From Desulfobacterales bacterium (lineage in GTDB: Bacteria > Desulfobacterota > Desulfobacteria > Desulfobacterales > UBA11574), in assembly GCA_022340885.1 (NCBI GenBank), contig JAJDND010000159.1:3395-67394 (forward strand): a DNA stretch of 64,000 nt. Reading direction: 5' to 3'. Shown here piece after piece: positions 18,011 to 28,245 of the stretch (positions are counted from its first letter, which is position 1; each line of letters starts with the position of its first letter). Position numbers and translations under genes: made by a program. The notes below the pieces were generated by a model. The model searched no databases. It was not told the origin of the DNA and worked only from the letters and a program-made list of their open reading frames with translations.

Positions 18011-18733
18011 TCATTCCGCTACAAGCGATGAGAACTCGGGTTTGTTTTTACAATCTTCCGCCAGCCGGTGTGCTTTGCGTGTGGTCTCCGGCAGTCGATA
18101 TCCCCGACAGCATGACAACACAACATCAATCGAGAAGGCCAAATCCACCCGGTGCCCGATGGACACGAACACCGGTTTTACACTGGCACGCGTTCGCACA
18201 ACGGCACCGATGGTTTCGCCGTGATCCACAAGGGGCATATGGCTGCCGCGTTCCGCTTCCGGTTCCTGATATCGGCCGCATAACCGGGACTTTGCACATC
18301 CGATGGAAGGAATATCGGTCAGCAGCCCGATATGGCTGGCAATTCCCATTCGACATGGATGGGCAATTCCCTGGCCGTCGAAAATGAGAAGATCCGGTTT
18401 AGGCTCAATCCGGTCAAGGGCATCGAGAATTACCGCTCCTTCCCGAAAGGTCAACAGGCCGGGAATATATGGGAATTTAATGCGTCTTCCGGCCGTGGCC
18501 TGAGTGACAACTTCAAGACCGGGAAACGTCAGCAATACAACGGCGGCGCATGCCACACCGGACTTTATTCCCACATCGATGCCGGCCACGGTTTTGACTG
18601 CCGCAGCCCCGCATTTCCGGATGACAAGAGGTGCCAGTTTCTGCTGTAGTTTTCGCGCAGCCTGGGGCGACAAATCCCAATGATCAAAATTCAAAAATCC
18701 AAACAAAGGCTTGCCCTTAAAGGTTTTGGTCAT
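18011..18733 (-). CDS. nfi: Endonuclease V (deoxyinosine 3' endonuclease)
   Basis: 240 aa. VAGIDV..., PYIPGLLTFREGAVILDAL, LLIFDGQGIAHPCRMGIASHIGLLTDIPSIGCAKSRL are classic Nfi motifs. Confidence 0.92.
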   Translation of the reverse strand: MTKTFKGKPLFGFLNFDHWDLSPQAARKLQQKLAPLVIRKCGAAAVKTVAGIDVGIKSGVACAAVVLLTFPGLEVVTQATAGRRIKFPYIPGLLTFREGAVILDALDRIEPKPDLLIFDGQGIAHPCRMGIASHIGLLTDIPSIGCAKSRLCGRYQEPEAERGSHMPLVDHGETIGAVVRTRASVKPVFVSIGHRVDLAFSIDVVLSCCRGYRLPETTRKAHRLAEDCKNKPEFSSLVAE

Positions 18734-18825
18734 TGGATATTGGAATTTGAGATTTGTTTGCGATTTGGTGCTTGAAATTTGTGATTTTTAATACAAAACC
18801 CCTCGGCAGAGCCAAAGAACTCATA

Positions 18826-18842
18826 CTCCCGCAAAGCGGGAG
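18826..18842 (-). terminator. Candidate hairpin terminator after the YkgJ-like gene
   Basis: CTCCCGC-AAA-GCGGGAG: a perfect 7-bp stem with a 3-nt loop, 42 nt downstream of the stop at 18884. The trailing sequence on the minus strand is only moderately T-rich. Confidence 0.35.
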
Positions 18843-18883
18843 AAGCTTGGCCCAAAGGACCAGGTTTTTAAAAACTGAATAAA

Positions 18884-19681
18884 TCACCCTTTCGAAGGGC
18901 CCGGTCGGAAAGGACCTTTTCCGGTTAAAAAATATTTTATCCAGTCAAACCCGAAGGACATCAACTCGATATCGGATGCTTTCAACCGGTCGATTTTGTC
19001 CCGAGGGACATGGAATCGTGTTAAAAAGGTGCTTTCAAAAATGAATTTTTTGAATTCATCGATATTAAAGCAGGCCATGAATGCCATTTTTAGGGCGGGG
19101 CTGTCCATGCCTTGGTCTCCCCATGGATTTGTTCGAAACAACGTGTCGATATCGACCCACAAGTCGTTCATGTCGTTATATAACTCTAATGCCTGATCCT
19201 CGACCCACGTGGCTGTGGTCCAATGGCGACTCTCTTTGTGGCCCATGCAGTAAGGATCTTCGGCGATAAAAAATATGACGGTGCGCTTGTTTTCATCGCC
19301 GCTTCGTGACACGGCACGCTCCAAGGGATATGCCCGGCACGAAAACGGCCGGTCTTCATAGATCGTACACCCTTTCTCCGATAGGAAGGGACACCCTTTC
19401 TCCTTATTTTCCGACATTTTCAACATTACGCTCGGAAAATAAGAATTGTCTCTTAGGGCCTGATAGGTATACGAATCCAAAAACCGATTCGATGAAATAC
19501 CGAGTCTGTTTTTTATACGGATGACATCATACGGATAAAGATACATATCTGCATTTTTGCAGCATCGCGTAAAACAACTCACGCCGGCGTGACAGTCAAA
19601 TTGAAATGTGTCTATTATCAACCGTCGATGTCTATGAATCAGGGGCGTGTTCGGTCTCTTTTTCATGGTTCGACTCATCAC
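18884..19681 (-). CDS. YkgJ-family cysteine-cluster protein (CxxCxxCC putative Zn/Fe-chelating domain)
   Basis: 265 aa. FDCHAGVSCFTRCCKN at the N-terminus, and GCPFLSEKGCTIYEDRPFSCRAYP later. Confidence 0.8.
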   Translation of the reverse strand: MMSRTMKKRPNTPLIHRHRRLIIDTFQFDCHAGVSCFTRCCKNADMYLYPYDVIRIKNRLGISSNRFLDSYTYQALRDNSYFPSVMLKMSENKEKGCPFLSEKGCTIYEDRPFSCRAYPLERAVSRSGDENKRTVIFFIAEDPYCMGHKESRHWTTATWVEDQALELYNDMNDLWVDIDTLFRTNPWGDQGMDSPALKMAFMACFNIDEFKKFIFESTFLTRFHVPRDKIDRLKASDIELMSFGFDWIKYFLTGKGPFRPGPSKG

Positions 19682-19745
19682 CTTTCATTTTTAAATGACA
19701 TCTATTCAACATCAGCGCAAGCTCAATCAAACCCTTTCATAACAT

Positions 19746-20207
19746 ATGATGTTTTTTTCAAAAAAAGATGGACATTACTGTAAAATTTTATTAAAATTAG
19801 GGATATTATTCGCCTTACCAGTGATCACCATGAAAACGAATTCATATAATGACAGTCGGAAAGACAGGCGCCCCGAATCCAGGGTCTTGCTGAATCATTA
19901 CTATAGCGTGGAGTTTCGTCTGAAAGATACCGGAAACGTCTATCAGTTTAAATTAAGGGACATGTCATCAAAAGGGTTGGGCATTTTGGTGAATAAAGAT
20001 TCTGCGGTCTTGAAGCATTTGAATGTGGGAGATACCTTGGAAATGCATTATATCCCCCCGGAATCCGCAGGCAACTCCGAATCCCTCAAAACAAACATCG
20101 CACATATCACGGAAAAAGAGGACGAACCTTTTAAAGGGCATTTTATCATCGGCCTTTCCATCACGGAAAGAGAGCGCCTTAAAGATTCGTCGCCTTCAGC
20201 CACCTAG
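19746..20207 (+). CDS. PilZ-domain protein (c-di-GMP receptor type)
   Basis: RRPESR (RxxxR) followed by DMSSKG (D/NxSxxG). The true start may be the ATG at 19830 (MKTNSYNDSRKDRRPESR); no clear SD at either start. Confidence 0.78.
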   Translation: MMFFSKKDGHYCKILLKLGILFALPVITMKTNSYNDSRKDRRPESRVLLNHYYSVEFRLKDTGNVYQFKLRDMSSKGLGILVNKDSAVLKHLNVGDTLEMHYIPPESAGNSESLKTNIAHITEKEDEPFKGHFIIGLSITERERLKDSSPSAT

Positions 20208-20326
20208 CATCACATATCGAAAATCCCGGCCGCGAAGGATGGAAAATGCGCTCGTTGCTGCCGGTTCAGTAATGTATATCCCATCTGAAGCAACAATTTT
20301 CATGGATTTTATATGAGATCGCATGA

Positions 20327-21166
20327 TTATTGCGCTTTGTGTTCATATATATGCACATCGCGCTGGGGAAATGGAATATTGATGCCTTCGGCATCGAAAC
20401 TCTTTTTGATATTTTCGGTCAGTGAGGAATGAACTTCCCAATAGTCCGCGACCGTCACCCATGGACGTACCGCAAAATTTACACTGCTGTCCGCGAGTTC
20501 GATGAGCATGACCGCCGGCGCGGGATCTTTTAAAATACGCGTCTCTTTGTTCAGATTCTCCCATATAATTTTCTTGGCATGGTCGATATCATCTCCGTAA
20601 CCGATTCCGAAAACCAGATCAACCCGGCGTGTTCCTTTCGCTGAATAATTCGTGATGTTGCCTGCGGTCAAAGCGGCATTGGGTATAATCACGGTCTTGT
20701 TGTCGGGGGTCGACAACCGAGTCGTAAAAATATGAATGGCTTCAACAGTACCTGCAACGCCGGCGCCTTCGATAAAATCACCGACTTTAAAGGGCCTGAA
20801 AATGATCATTAAAAATCCGGCGGCAAAATTTGACAGCGATCCCTGTAAAGCCAGGCCAATGGCAAGACCGGCCGCACCGATCACCGCAATAAAGGATGTT
20901 GTTTGTATCCCAAGTTGAGCGAGAGCCGCCAGGACGACGAATACCAGCAAAGCGATGTAGACCAGATTGCCGGCAAATGAGACGATGGTAGGATCAACCT
21001 GTCTTTTGTTCATCACTTTTTCTGTGAAAGTGGTCAACAGTTTCGCGATCCATCGACCGATGATAAAAACGGCAACGGCGGCGACGACCTTAAGACCGTA
21101 TATGGACAACAATTCCCAGATTCTCGAAAGTATATCTTCCACGATTTCGCCTCCTTTTTTAGACAA
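20327..21166 (-). CDS. Small-conductance mechanosensitive channel (MscS family)
   Basis: 279 aa. Three TM helices, then RPFKVGDFIEGAGVAGTVEAIHIFTTRLSTPDNKTVIIPNAALTAGNITNYS, typical of the MscS beta-domain. Confidence 0.9.
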   Translation of the reverse strand: MSKKGGEIVEDILSRIWELLSIYGLKVVAAVAVFIIGRWIAKLLTTFTEKVMNKRQVDPTIVSFAGNLVYIALLVFVVLAALAQLGIQTTSFIAVIGAAGLAIGLALQGSLSNFAAGFLMIIFRPFKVGDFIEGAGVAGTVEAIHIFTTRLSTPDNKTVIIPNAALTAGNITNYSAKGTRRVDLVFGIGYGDDIDHAKKIIWENLNKETRILKDPAPAVMLIELADSSVNFAVRPWVTVADYWEVHSSLTENIKKSFDAEGINIPFPQRDVHIYEHKAQ

Positions 21167-21268
21167 ATGTAAAGATTGAAGGGGATGTTAAGACCTTGGG
21201 GGAATGATAGATAGCAACTTACAATACTCCAAATTAATTTGCAATAAATGTTACAACCATTCCGTAAT

Positions 21269-22810
21269 TTAGTCGCATTCTTTATGACTGCGTATTAATA
21301 CGGTGGGAATGAGCGCCAATAAAAAAGCGAGTCCTGCAATCAGGAAACAATCGTCAAAGGAGGCAACCCGGGCCTGCTTTTCCACCGCGAGCTGCAACAT
21401 GGCCAATGCTTTGTGATATGCCGCACTTTCCACAGACCCAAGCTTATGGAAAACACCCTGAAAATGGCTCAAATATTGTTTGGTGGCAAAAGCATTGAGA
21501 TTTTGAGCCTGAGCGTAATGCGAATAGTGAAAAATATCCCGTCGGTCTAGCAGCACCCCGATAACCGCTACACCGAACGCACCGCCGATCTGTCGGGAAA
21601 CATTCATCAACCCCGAACCCACGGCGGTTTTTTCCGGCGGCAGGCACTTCAGCGACAGATTCATCAGCGGCGCAAAAATGCATCCAAGCCCTATGCCTCG
21701 AGTGATCAGCATCAGATAGGCAGTTATCTCTGAGGTTCTCAGATCGACGAAAGATAACCAGTACAGAGAAAGAAACGAAAACACGACGCCGAAGGCAATG
21801 GGAATACGCCCGTCCATTCGGTCGGCCATGCGTCCTGCCGAGGGCAAGAGGATCGCCACCACAATGGCCATGGGCAACATGAGCAGACCGGTCTGAAGGG
21901 CCGTATAGTCCAGCATACTTTCAAAAAAAAGCGGAATGAGAAAGGTAGACCCGTACAGACCGAAACCCTGGATGATAAATACCAGTGTGGACATGGTGTG
22001 GGGAAAGGTCTTATATACGCTCAAATCGATAAACGGCTCTTTTGAGACACGTTCCGCCCACAAAAATGTCACAAAGCCGATAGCGGCAACGGAAAACATT
22101 GAAAGAATATAAAAAGAGGCCCACCCTTCTCTCTGTCCCTGACTGAGGGCGGCCAGCAGGGTTCCCAGGAAAACCGCCATGCTTAAAAATCCCAGGACGT
22201 CGAAATATATTTTCTTTTTGTGTTTGTCCGGCGGCAAAATAACTGCAGCCAGGACCGTACCGATAATTCCGACGGGAACATTGATATAGAAGATAAGGTG
22301 CCAGGAAAACTGGTCCGTCAGATAACCGCCGAGGGTCGGGCCGATGGCCGGACCGAATGTGGCGCCGATACCGTAAACGCCCATGGCCAGCCCCCTTTCT
22401 TCGGGGGGAAAGGCCTCGAATATGATGACCATCGCAATGGGCATTAGCACGCCGGCGCCTAAACCTTGAAAGATTCGGAAAATAATCAGCACATCCACAT
22501 TCCATGCCGCGCCGCTAAGGCATGATGCTCCTGTAAAAACAATAAGGCTCCAAATGAAAAGGGATTTGTTGCCGACTCTCGCACTGAGCCAACCCACGGA
22601 CGGCATCATGATCGCCATGGCGATCATATATGCGGTAATAATCCATTCGATTTTATCCACATTGACGCCGAATGCAGCCATAATCTTCGGCAGCGCCACA
22701 TTCACCACGGTGGTATCGAGCACGACCAGAAACGCCCCGCTCATTATCGAGATGACCACCAGCCATTTATAAAAAGGTCTTTGGCGAGCCTCTGCCATTG
22801 CAGGTGTCAT
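21269..22810 (-). CDS. MFS drug:H+ antiporter, DHA2 (EmrB/QacA) family, 14-TMS type
   Basis: 513 aa, hydrophobic throughout. MFS motifs (LDTTVVNVALP, GWLSARVGNKSLF, FRIFQGLGAG). A 4-nt overlap with the upstream adaptor gene. Confidence 0.92.
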   Translation of the reverse strand: MTPAMAEARQRPFYKWLVVISIMSGAFLVVLDTTVVNVALPKIMAAFGVNVDKIEWIITAYMIAMAIMMPSVGWLSARVGNKSLFIWSLIVFTGASCLSGAAWNVDVLIIFRIFQGLGAGVLMPIAMVIIFEAFPPEERGLAMGVYGIGATFGPAIGPTLGGYLTDQFSWHLIFYINVPVGIIGTVLAAVILPPDKHKKKIYFDVLGFLSMAVFLGTLLAALSQGQREGWASFYILSMFSVAAIGFVTFLWAERVSKEPFIDLSVYKTFPHTMSTLVFIIQGFGLYGSTFLIPLFFESMLDYTALQTGLLMLPMAIVVAILLPSAGRMADRMDGRIPIAFGVVFSFLSLYWLSFVDLRTSEITAYLMLITRGIGLGCIFAPLMNLSLKCLPPEKTAVGSGLMNVSRQIGGAFGVAVIGVLLDRRDIFHYSHYAQAQNLNAFATKQYLSHFQGVFHKLGSVESAAYHKALAMLQLAVEKQARVASFDDCFLIAGLAFLLALIPTVLIRSHKECD

Positions 22811-23976
22811 TTTTGGGTCTTCCTGATGTCGATGCCGACCTCTACCATCATGCCGGGTCGAAGGGGTTTATCCGGATCGTCAAGCTCGATTTTTATGGGG
22901 ATCCTTTGGGTGACTTTGGTAAAGTTGCCCGCCGAACGGTTATCCGGGATCAGCGCAAACTGAGAAGCCGCCGCAGCGCCGATGTTAATCACTTTTCCTG
23001 TAAATTTTGTGTCTGGATAGGCATCGACCTGAATATCAACCGATTGCCCCAAGCGAACGTGTTCCACCTGTGTCTCTTCCAGATTCGCTTCCACCCAAAT
23101 ATGGTTCAAATTGACGATAACGGCAATGGGTTGTCCGGCAGCGACGACTTCCCCGATATGTGAGATTTTTCTGGCGACGACCCCGTCTATGGGACTGGTT
23201 ACCGTTGTGTGATCGAGCTTGAGCCGCGCCGCTTCGAGCTCCGCTTCGGCTTCTTTCAGCTTTCCTTTCAATGATTCGACGCGCCGCTGCTTTAACCGGA
23301 CCTCGCCGGTGTTTGCCTGAGCAACATTGAGCTTGGCCCGGTTTTCATTAATTTCTTCATCTGCTGTTGCCGCCCTGGCTTTGGCCAGCTGATAAGCGGC
23401 CCGTATCTTATCCATTTCACTGGCTGAAACCGTTTTGCTTTTGAATAGTTTGCTGACCCGGTTAAAATCCAAGGTCGCCAGTTGCAAATTGGCCTGGGCT
23501 TCTTTAAGCCGGGCCTGGGAAGCATACAAGGCCGCTTCGGCGCGCTGCACGTCTTTTTCCGTTGTCTGCTTGACAAGCGCTTCATCGGCCATCGCCTCGT
23601 TGAGCGATGCCTTGATCGACTGAACCACACCGGACGCCACGTCCACTTTTGCCCGGTAGTCTTCTTCCCGAAGCTGGGCAATCAACTGCCCCTGTTTTAA
23701 TTTTTCTCCCTCTTGGATTGGAAGCAGTCGTATCTTGCCGGAAACCGTTGAGCTCACCGAAATCAGGTCGCCTTCGACCGTGGCATCATCGGTAATGGCA
23801 TGGGTAAAATAATAATGGAGCCATCGAATACCGTAAAAAGACCCGATAACGATTCCAATGGCAAGAATGCCAAAAAGCCACTTTTGCCTGCGTTTACGGC
23901 CGGTGTTGTTGTTCGAAGACACCGGGTCGATCGTCTCATCGTTTTCGATTGCCGTTTCTTTTTGTTCCTGTTCCAT
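22807..23976 (-). CDS. HlyD/EmrA-family membrane fusion protein
   Basis: 389 aa. Single N-terminal TM, lipoyl-like segment, long coiled coil (QARLKEAQANLQLATLDFNRV...), and a beta-barrel C-terminus. Confidence 0.9.
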   Translation of the reverse strand: MEQEQKETAIENDETIDPVSSNNNTGRKRRQKWLFGILAIGIVIGSFYGIRWLHYYFTHAITDDATVEGDLISVSSTVSGKIRLLPIQEGEKLKQGQLIAQLREEDYRAKVDVASGVVQSIKASLNEAMADEALVKQTTEKDVQRAEAALYASQARLKEAQANLQLATLDFNRVSKLFKSKTVSASEMDKIRAAYQLAKARAATADEEINENRAKLNVAQANTGEVRLKQRRVESLKGKLKEAEAELEAARLKLDHTTVTSPIDGVVARKISHIGEVVAAGQPIAVIVNLNHIWVEANLEETQVEHVRLGQSVDIQVDAYPDTKFTGKVINIGAAAASQFALIPDNRSAGNFTKVTQRIPIKIELDDPDKPLRPGMMVEVGIDIRKTQK

Positions 23977-23988
23977 AATTTTTTCTTT

Positions 23989-25260
23989 TTACCGTATCTT
24001 TTGAGATGTCTCCAGACTGAGCAGCTTCGGTCCTTGTTTTAGGATAAATTGGTCATCGACCGTCTCCCATATCCATCCGGAATAGGCATAACCCCCCACC
24101 GGTTTTGACACAAAAGCCAGTTTCCATGATTCCGACCGGCCCTGGTTCACGCCGACAGTGCCGAAGGTTCCAAAAACCATTTTATCCACCGGGTGACAAT
24201 AGGGCTCTCCCAAAAGATCATTGCCGAATTTGACGGCCGCTTCATCGCCGTAAACAGAGGCTCTTAATCCATACCGGTTGTCCCGGGCCAGTTGCAGCCC
24301 TTCGTCGTACTCTTTAAACGTACTGATAAAACTGACCGGACCGAAGGTCTCTTCGCGAACCCCCAGCATGTCCTGGGTGGCGCCCACCACCACGGTCGGA
24401 TACACCATGTGGTCGTCAATGCGGCCGCCAAGGGCAATCCGCGCGCCTTTATCCACGGCATCCTTTAGCTGGGCTTTGATATTTTCAATGGCGCGATCGC
24501 TGGCCACCGGCCCCATCATGGTGTCGGGATTTGCAGGATCCCCGGTTTTAATTTGACGGCTTAATTCAACAAATCGCCCCACAAAAGCATCATGAAGGGA
24601 TTCATGCACATAAATACGTTCCGGGGCCGTGCAGGTCTGGCCGGCATAAATGTATTTGGAATAGGCCAGCTCTTTTGCCGCAGCCTCAACATCGGCCCCC
24701 GCAAGAACGATAAAAGGGTCTTTTCCCGGGCCTTCGAAAACAAACTTCTTGCCGTATTTTTTAACCGAATCCTGGTAATAAAGCGCATGATCGTCGGAAC
24801 CGAATAGACATACGGCAGGTATGTTTGGATTGGACATGGCGTTTTCCAGAAAACTTTTCCCATCGGCGTATTCAAAACAAATGGCGTCGCCGAATATCGG
24901 TTTGTACAGGGATTCCGCAAAGCGGGAAATATCCGACCCCCGTGTTGCAAATTTCACCCTCACGCGATTGCCCACAAGAAATATGGAAATGATGGCCGTG
25001 TTCAGCCAGGCGCTGCCGTTGTATGGCAACACCAGGGCAACCGCCTGGTCTGCATTGCAAATGGGCTGTCGTTCGGAAAATACCGTGACCATCTCATCGA
25101 ACCCTTTCAGGTTGTCCAGATTCATATCCACTTCGATGCGACATTCCCGTACTGTAAATCCGGCATCTTTCACTGCAATTTCAATCAGTTGATCCCGATG
25201 CTCGGACATTTTTTTGATCAATTGATGAACCTGATCAATTCGTTTTTCAAGCATTTTCAT
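23989..25260 (-). CDS. Aldehyde dehydrogenase family protein (short form)
   Basis: 423 aa. A catalytic-Cys segment (YAGQTCTAPERIYV), a Glu segment (FEGPGKDPFIV), and EETFGPV near the C-terminus. It lies between the TetR and EmrA-like genes with 1-nt and 12-nt gaps. Confidence 0.85.
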   Translation of the reverse strand: MKMLEKRIDQVHQLIKKMSEHRDQLIEIAVKDAGFTVRECRIEVDMNLDNLKGFDEMVTVFSERQPICNADQAVALVLPYNGSAWLNTAIISIFLVGNRVRVKFATRGSDISRFAESLYKPIFGDAICFEYADGKSFLENAMSNPNIPAVCLFGSDDHALYYQDSVKKYGKKFVFEGPGKDPFIVLAGADVEAAAKELAYSKYIYAGQTCTAPERIYVHESLHDAFVGRFVELSRQIKTGDPANPDTMMGPVASDRAIENIKAQLKDAVDKGARIALGGRIDDHMVYPTVVVGATQDMLGVREETFGPVSFISTFKEYDEGLQLARDNRYGLRASVYGDEAAVKFGNDLLGEPYCHPVDKMVFGTFGTVGVNQGRSESWKLAFVSKPVGGYAYSGWIWETVDDQFILKQGPKLLSLETSQKIR

Positions 25261-25261
25261 T

Positions 25262-25879
25262 TTATCCCTCCTTTAGGATACCCCGACAGAATATGTTGAT
25301 CATGGTTTCAATGGTCTCGTTGAGTTCGATGGATTGGAGTGTTTCATCCCCATATATTTTTTTAAGCAGAATAAAATAATGAACCATGCCCACCAGACAC
25401 CGGGATGCAATCTCCGGATTGACCGTTTTAAACGCCCCTTCATCCATTCTTTCTCGTACATACTCGGCCAGAAATCCGAAAAACCTTCTGACGGGTCCGG
25501 ATACAAACATGCCGGCCAACTCGTGGCCTTCGAGAGCGCTGAACAACAGCAGCCTTAAAAACGTGGTGTCCTCGCTGTATCGCTGCATAAAATTGGATAC
25601 AACTGTTTCGAAAACCCGCTGATCATCTTTTTTCCTCATGGCATCTAGGGGATGGTACAAGGGTTCGCTTTCTTGCATTTTTTGATCGATAATCGCGGAA
25701 TAAAGGTCTTCCTTGTCTTTGAAATGGCTGTAGATCATGGCCTCGCTGATCCCGGCTTTCTGGGCGATCTTTCGTGTCGTGGCGCCGCTGAAGCCGCTTC
25801 TCGAAAAAACATCCATGGCAGCCTGAATGATCTTTCTGCGCCGTTCATCTCCGGTCATACGTTTTTTTTTGGGTTTCAT
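25262..25879 (-). CDS. TetR/AcrR-family transcriptional regulator
   Basis: 205 aa. HTH FSGATTRKIAQKAGISEAMIYSHFKDKEDLY. First gene of the ALDH/EmrAB-like operon. Confidence 0.9.
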   Translation of the reverse strand: MKPKKKRMTGDERRRKIIQAAMDVFSRSGFSGATTRKIAQKAGISEAMIYSHFKDKEDLYSAIIDQKMQESEPLYHPLDAMRKKDDQRVFETVVSNFMQRYSEDTTFLRLLLFSALEGHELAGMFVSGPVRRFFGFLAEYVRERMDEGAFKTVNPEIASRCLVGMVHYFILLKKIYGDETLQSIELNETIETMINIFCRGILKEG

Positions 25880-26283
25880 TACACCGCCTTGGTAAGTGTC
25901 CAGCTATAAGTACGGATGGATGCTGGTGAATAATCGCTCATAATTCATCTAATTATCTTGACATATTTAAGACTTATTATTAATAACACCTCGTTTTATT
26001 AAAAAGTGGTCAAACAAACCCTTTTAACATAACCTGCTTATTATCATTGCTATTGATGATTAATTCGGATCAGTTACAAAAAATATAAAGCGATATTTTG
26101 ATCATTTCGAGTTATAATGCCTGTTTTTTATAAGTAATTGTTTACTTATTAAACCAAAATCAATTCAAAAGCAAGCTCTTTTAGCCGGATCGCAGACATT
26201 TTTAAACAAAAACTTGATGCACGTGTAAAAAGTATTTATGAGATATCCCAGGAAGAAAATGATCAAGAAAAAGGAGAAGGTCG

Positions 26284-26679
26284 ATGGAAAGTATAAAAAA
26301 TTTTTTTAAAAACGATCGTTTTGCCGATCATGTCGGCGTCGAACTGATGGCGGTTTCAAAAGGACGGGCAACCGCGAGAATGGAAATTAAAGAACACCAC
26401 TTAAACGGCGTGAATATCGCCCATGGCGGTGCCATATTCTCTTTGGCGGACCTGGCGTTTGCCGTTGCGTCGAATTCTCACAGGACCGTTGCCCTCAGTA
26501 TTAACGTGAGTATCTCTTACTTGAAAGCATCGGTTGCCGGCGCCATCCTCACTGCCGAAGCCAACGAAGTGTCGCTCAATCCGAAACTGGCCACGTATGA
26601 AGTTCGGGTGACGGACGAAACCAAAGACCTTGTCGCTATCTTCCTTGGGACCGTTTATAGAAAAAAGGATAAGATTTGA
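26284..26679 (+). CDS. PaaI-family hotdog-fold thioesterase
   Basis: 131 aa. ...HLNGVNIAHGGAIFSLADLAFAVA... is the typical PaaI/4HBT segment. GGAGAAGG lies upstream of the ATG. Confidence 0.85.
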   Translation: MESIKNFFKNDRFADHVGVELMAVSKGRATARMEIKEHHLNGVNIAHGGAIFSLADLAFAVASNSHRTVALSINVSISYLKASVAGAILTAEANEVSLNPKLATYEVRVTDETKDLVAIFLGTVYRKKDKI

Positions 26680-26700
26680 AGGATGTTGGAATGTATCCCC

Positions 26701-28245
26701 CTAGTTGACCTGCTGTTTTTCCTTTGCTGTCTTCATCGGGTTTTCCCGGGCCGCTTCATAATATTGCCACCCCCCGCCGAGCGCTTTATAAAGACGCACC
26801 AGATTCGTGGTCACGGCACCGTCACTTTGAACCAGTTGGTCCTGGAACGACAACAGCGAAAGCTGGGCGCTCAGCACGTTGTTAAAATCCACCAGCCCAG
26901 CCTGGTATCGATCCTTTGCCAAAAGATCGGCCCGGCGGGCCGCCTCCGTTGCCCTGGCTAGGAATTCGCGCCGGCGTTGTTCTTTGGCAAACGCCACGAG
27001 TATGTTTTCCACCTCTTCCTGGGCATTGAGTACGACGGATTCATATTGAATCAAAGCCCGCTCCTGGCGGGCGGTCTGCACCTTGATGTTCTGACGGATG
27101 GCGCCCGCATCAAAAACATTCCAAGAAACGTTTGGACCGAAGCTCCAGGCTCGACTGGACCATTTTAAAAAATCTTCACTTGAAACAGATTCAAGCCCGA
27201 TGGTTCCGAACAATTGAAATTTAGGATAAAGATCCGCCGTAGCCACGCCGATCACCGCGGTTTGGGCCGCCAGGTTTCGTTCCGCCCGCAGGATATCGGG
27301 CCGGTTGCGCAGCGTTTCCGCTGGTACGCCCACCGCAACCGTCATTGGAGGTACGGGAATCGGCGTGATCGTTTCAAGCTCTTGATGTAGTACACCGGGA
27401 TTTTCACCCAACAGGACCGCGAGCCGGTTTTTAGCCGCTTCCAGTGCGACTTGAAGCGTGGGTATTGCGGAACGGCTGCGCTCCAGGCTGTACAGGGCCT
27501 GCTGTACCGCCAACTCGTCACTAATGCCTGCCTCGTATCGTGAACGATTCCATTCATAGGTTTCCTGTTGTGTTTTGATATTCGCATGGGCGGCTGAAAG
27601 GCGAGCCTGATAAGTTCGTACGTCGATATAGTTAAGCGCCACTTCCGCCAGTAAGCTTACCAGCACATTGCGCAGCTCCGCCCGGGTGGCTTCGAGATTT
27701 GCCTGGGCAGCTTCCACTGTACGCCGTATGCCGCCGAAAATATCCAGTTCCCAGCTGGCATCAAAACCGGCCGCATAGAGTGTGCCGTCCGTCCTCGCCA
27801 CTCCGTTTTCACTGCTGCGCGCCTTTGTTACCGAAGCACCGGCGTCTATAGTGGGAAAAAGACCTGCTTTGCTGATGCCCCTTAAAGCTCTGGCTTCACG
27901 AAGCCTGGATTGAGCATCTTTTAACGCCAGATTCCCTTTGACGGCGCGTTCGACCAAACTGGTCAGTTCCGGATCATTGAGCGTCATCCACCAATGGGAC
28001 AGTGTTTTGAAATTCAAAGGACCCGGTCTCAGTCCGCTTTTAAGTTCGGCATGCCATTTTTCCGGGGCATTAGGCGTTACGGGCGTATAATCCGGTCCAA
28101 CGGGTGCGCAGTCGGTCAGAGTTAGAACAATAAAAACCGTCATAGTTAGAATTATCTGCCAACAGTTCATTGTCCGGGAGCCGTCCATACGTTTCGCTGG
28201 TTTGCCTTTTTTTGCATGCATCATCTTTGCCTTATTCGGCATCAT
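26701..28245 (-). CDS. RND efflux outer-membrane factor lipoprotein (NodT/OprM family)
   Basis: 514 aa maximal ORF. Signal peptide ending ...LTLTDC followed by [10 protein letters not shown], typical of NodT lipoproteins. Duplicated TolC-like coiled-coil repeats. The true start is probably an internal Met (for example 28188 or 28170). Confidence 0.9.
   Translation of the reverse strand: MMPNKAKMMHAKKGKPAKRMDGSRTMNCWQIILTMTVFIVLTLTDCAPVGPDYTPVTPNAPEKWHAELKSGLRPGPLNFKTLSHWWMTLNDPELTSLVERAVKGNLALKDAQSRLREARALRGISKAGLFPTIDAGASVTKARSSENGVARTDGTLYAAGFDASWELDIFGGIRRTVEAAQANLEATRAELRNVLVSLLAEVALNYIDVRTYQARLSAAHANIKTQQETYEWNRSRYEAGISDELAVQQALYSLERSRSAIPTLQVALEAAKNRLAVLLGENPGVLHQELETITPIPVPPMTVAVGVPAETLRNRPDILRAERNLAAQTAVIGVATADLYPKFQLFGTIGLESVSSEDFLKWSSRAWSFGPNVSWNVFDAGAIRQNIKVQTARQERALIQYESVVLNAQEEVENILVAFAKEQRRREFLARATEAARRADLLAKDRYQAGLVDFNNVLSAQLSLLSFQDQLVQSDGAVTTNLVRLYKALGGGWQYYEAARENPMKTAKEKQQVN

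Noticed and set aside
18745-18790. Repeated ATTTG/GATTT(G) motifs upstream of nfi (ATTTG at 18745, 18752, 18763 and 18777; GATTT at 18751, 18762 and 18783).
   Set aside because: The spacing is irregular (7, 11 and 14 nt), the units are only 5 nt long, and the context is T-rich. This is most simply phased T-tracts or low complexity in a promoter region, not a defined repeat element.
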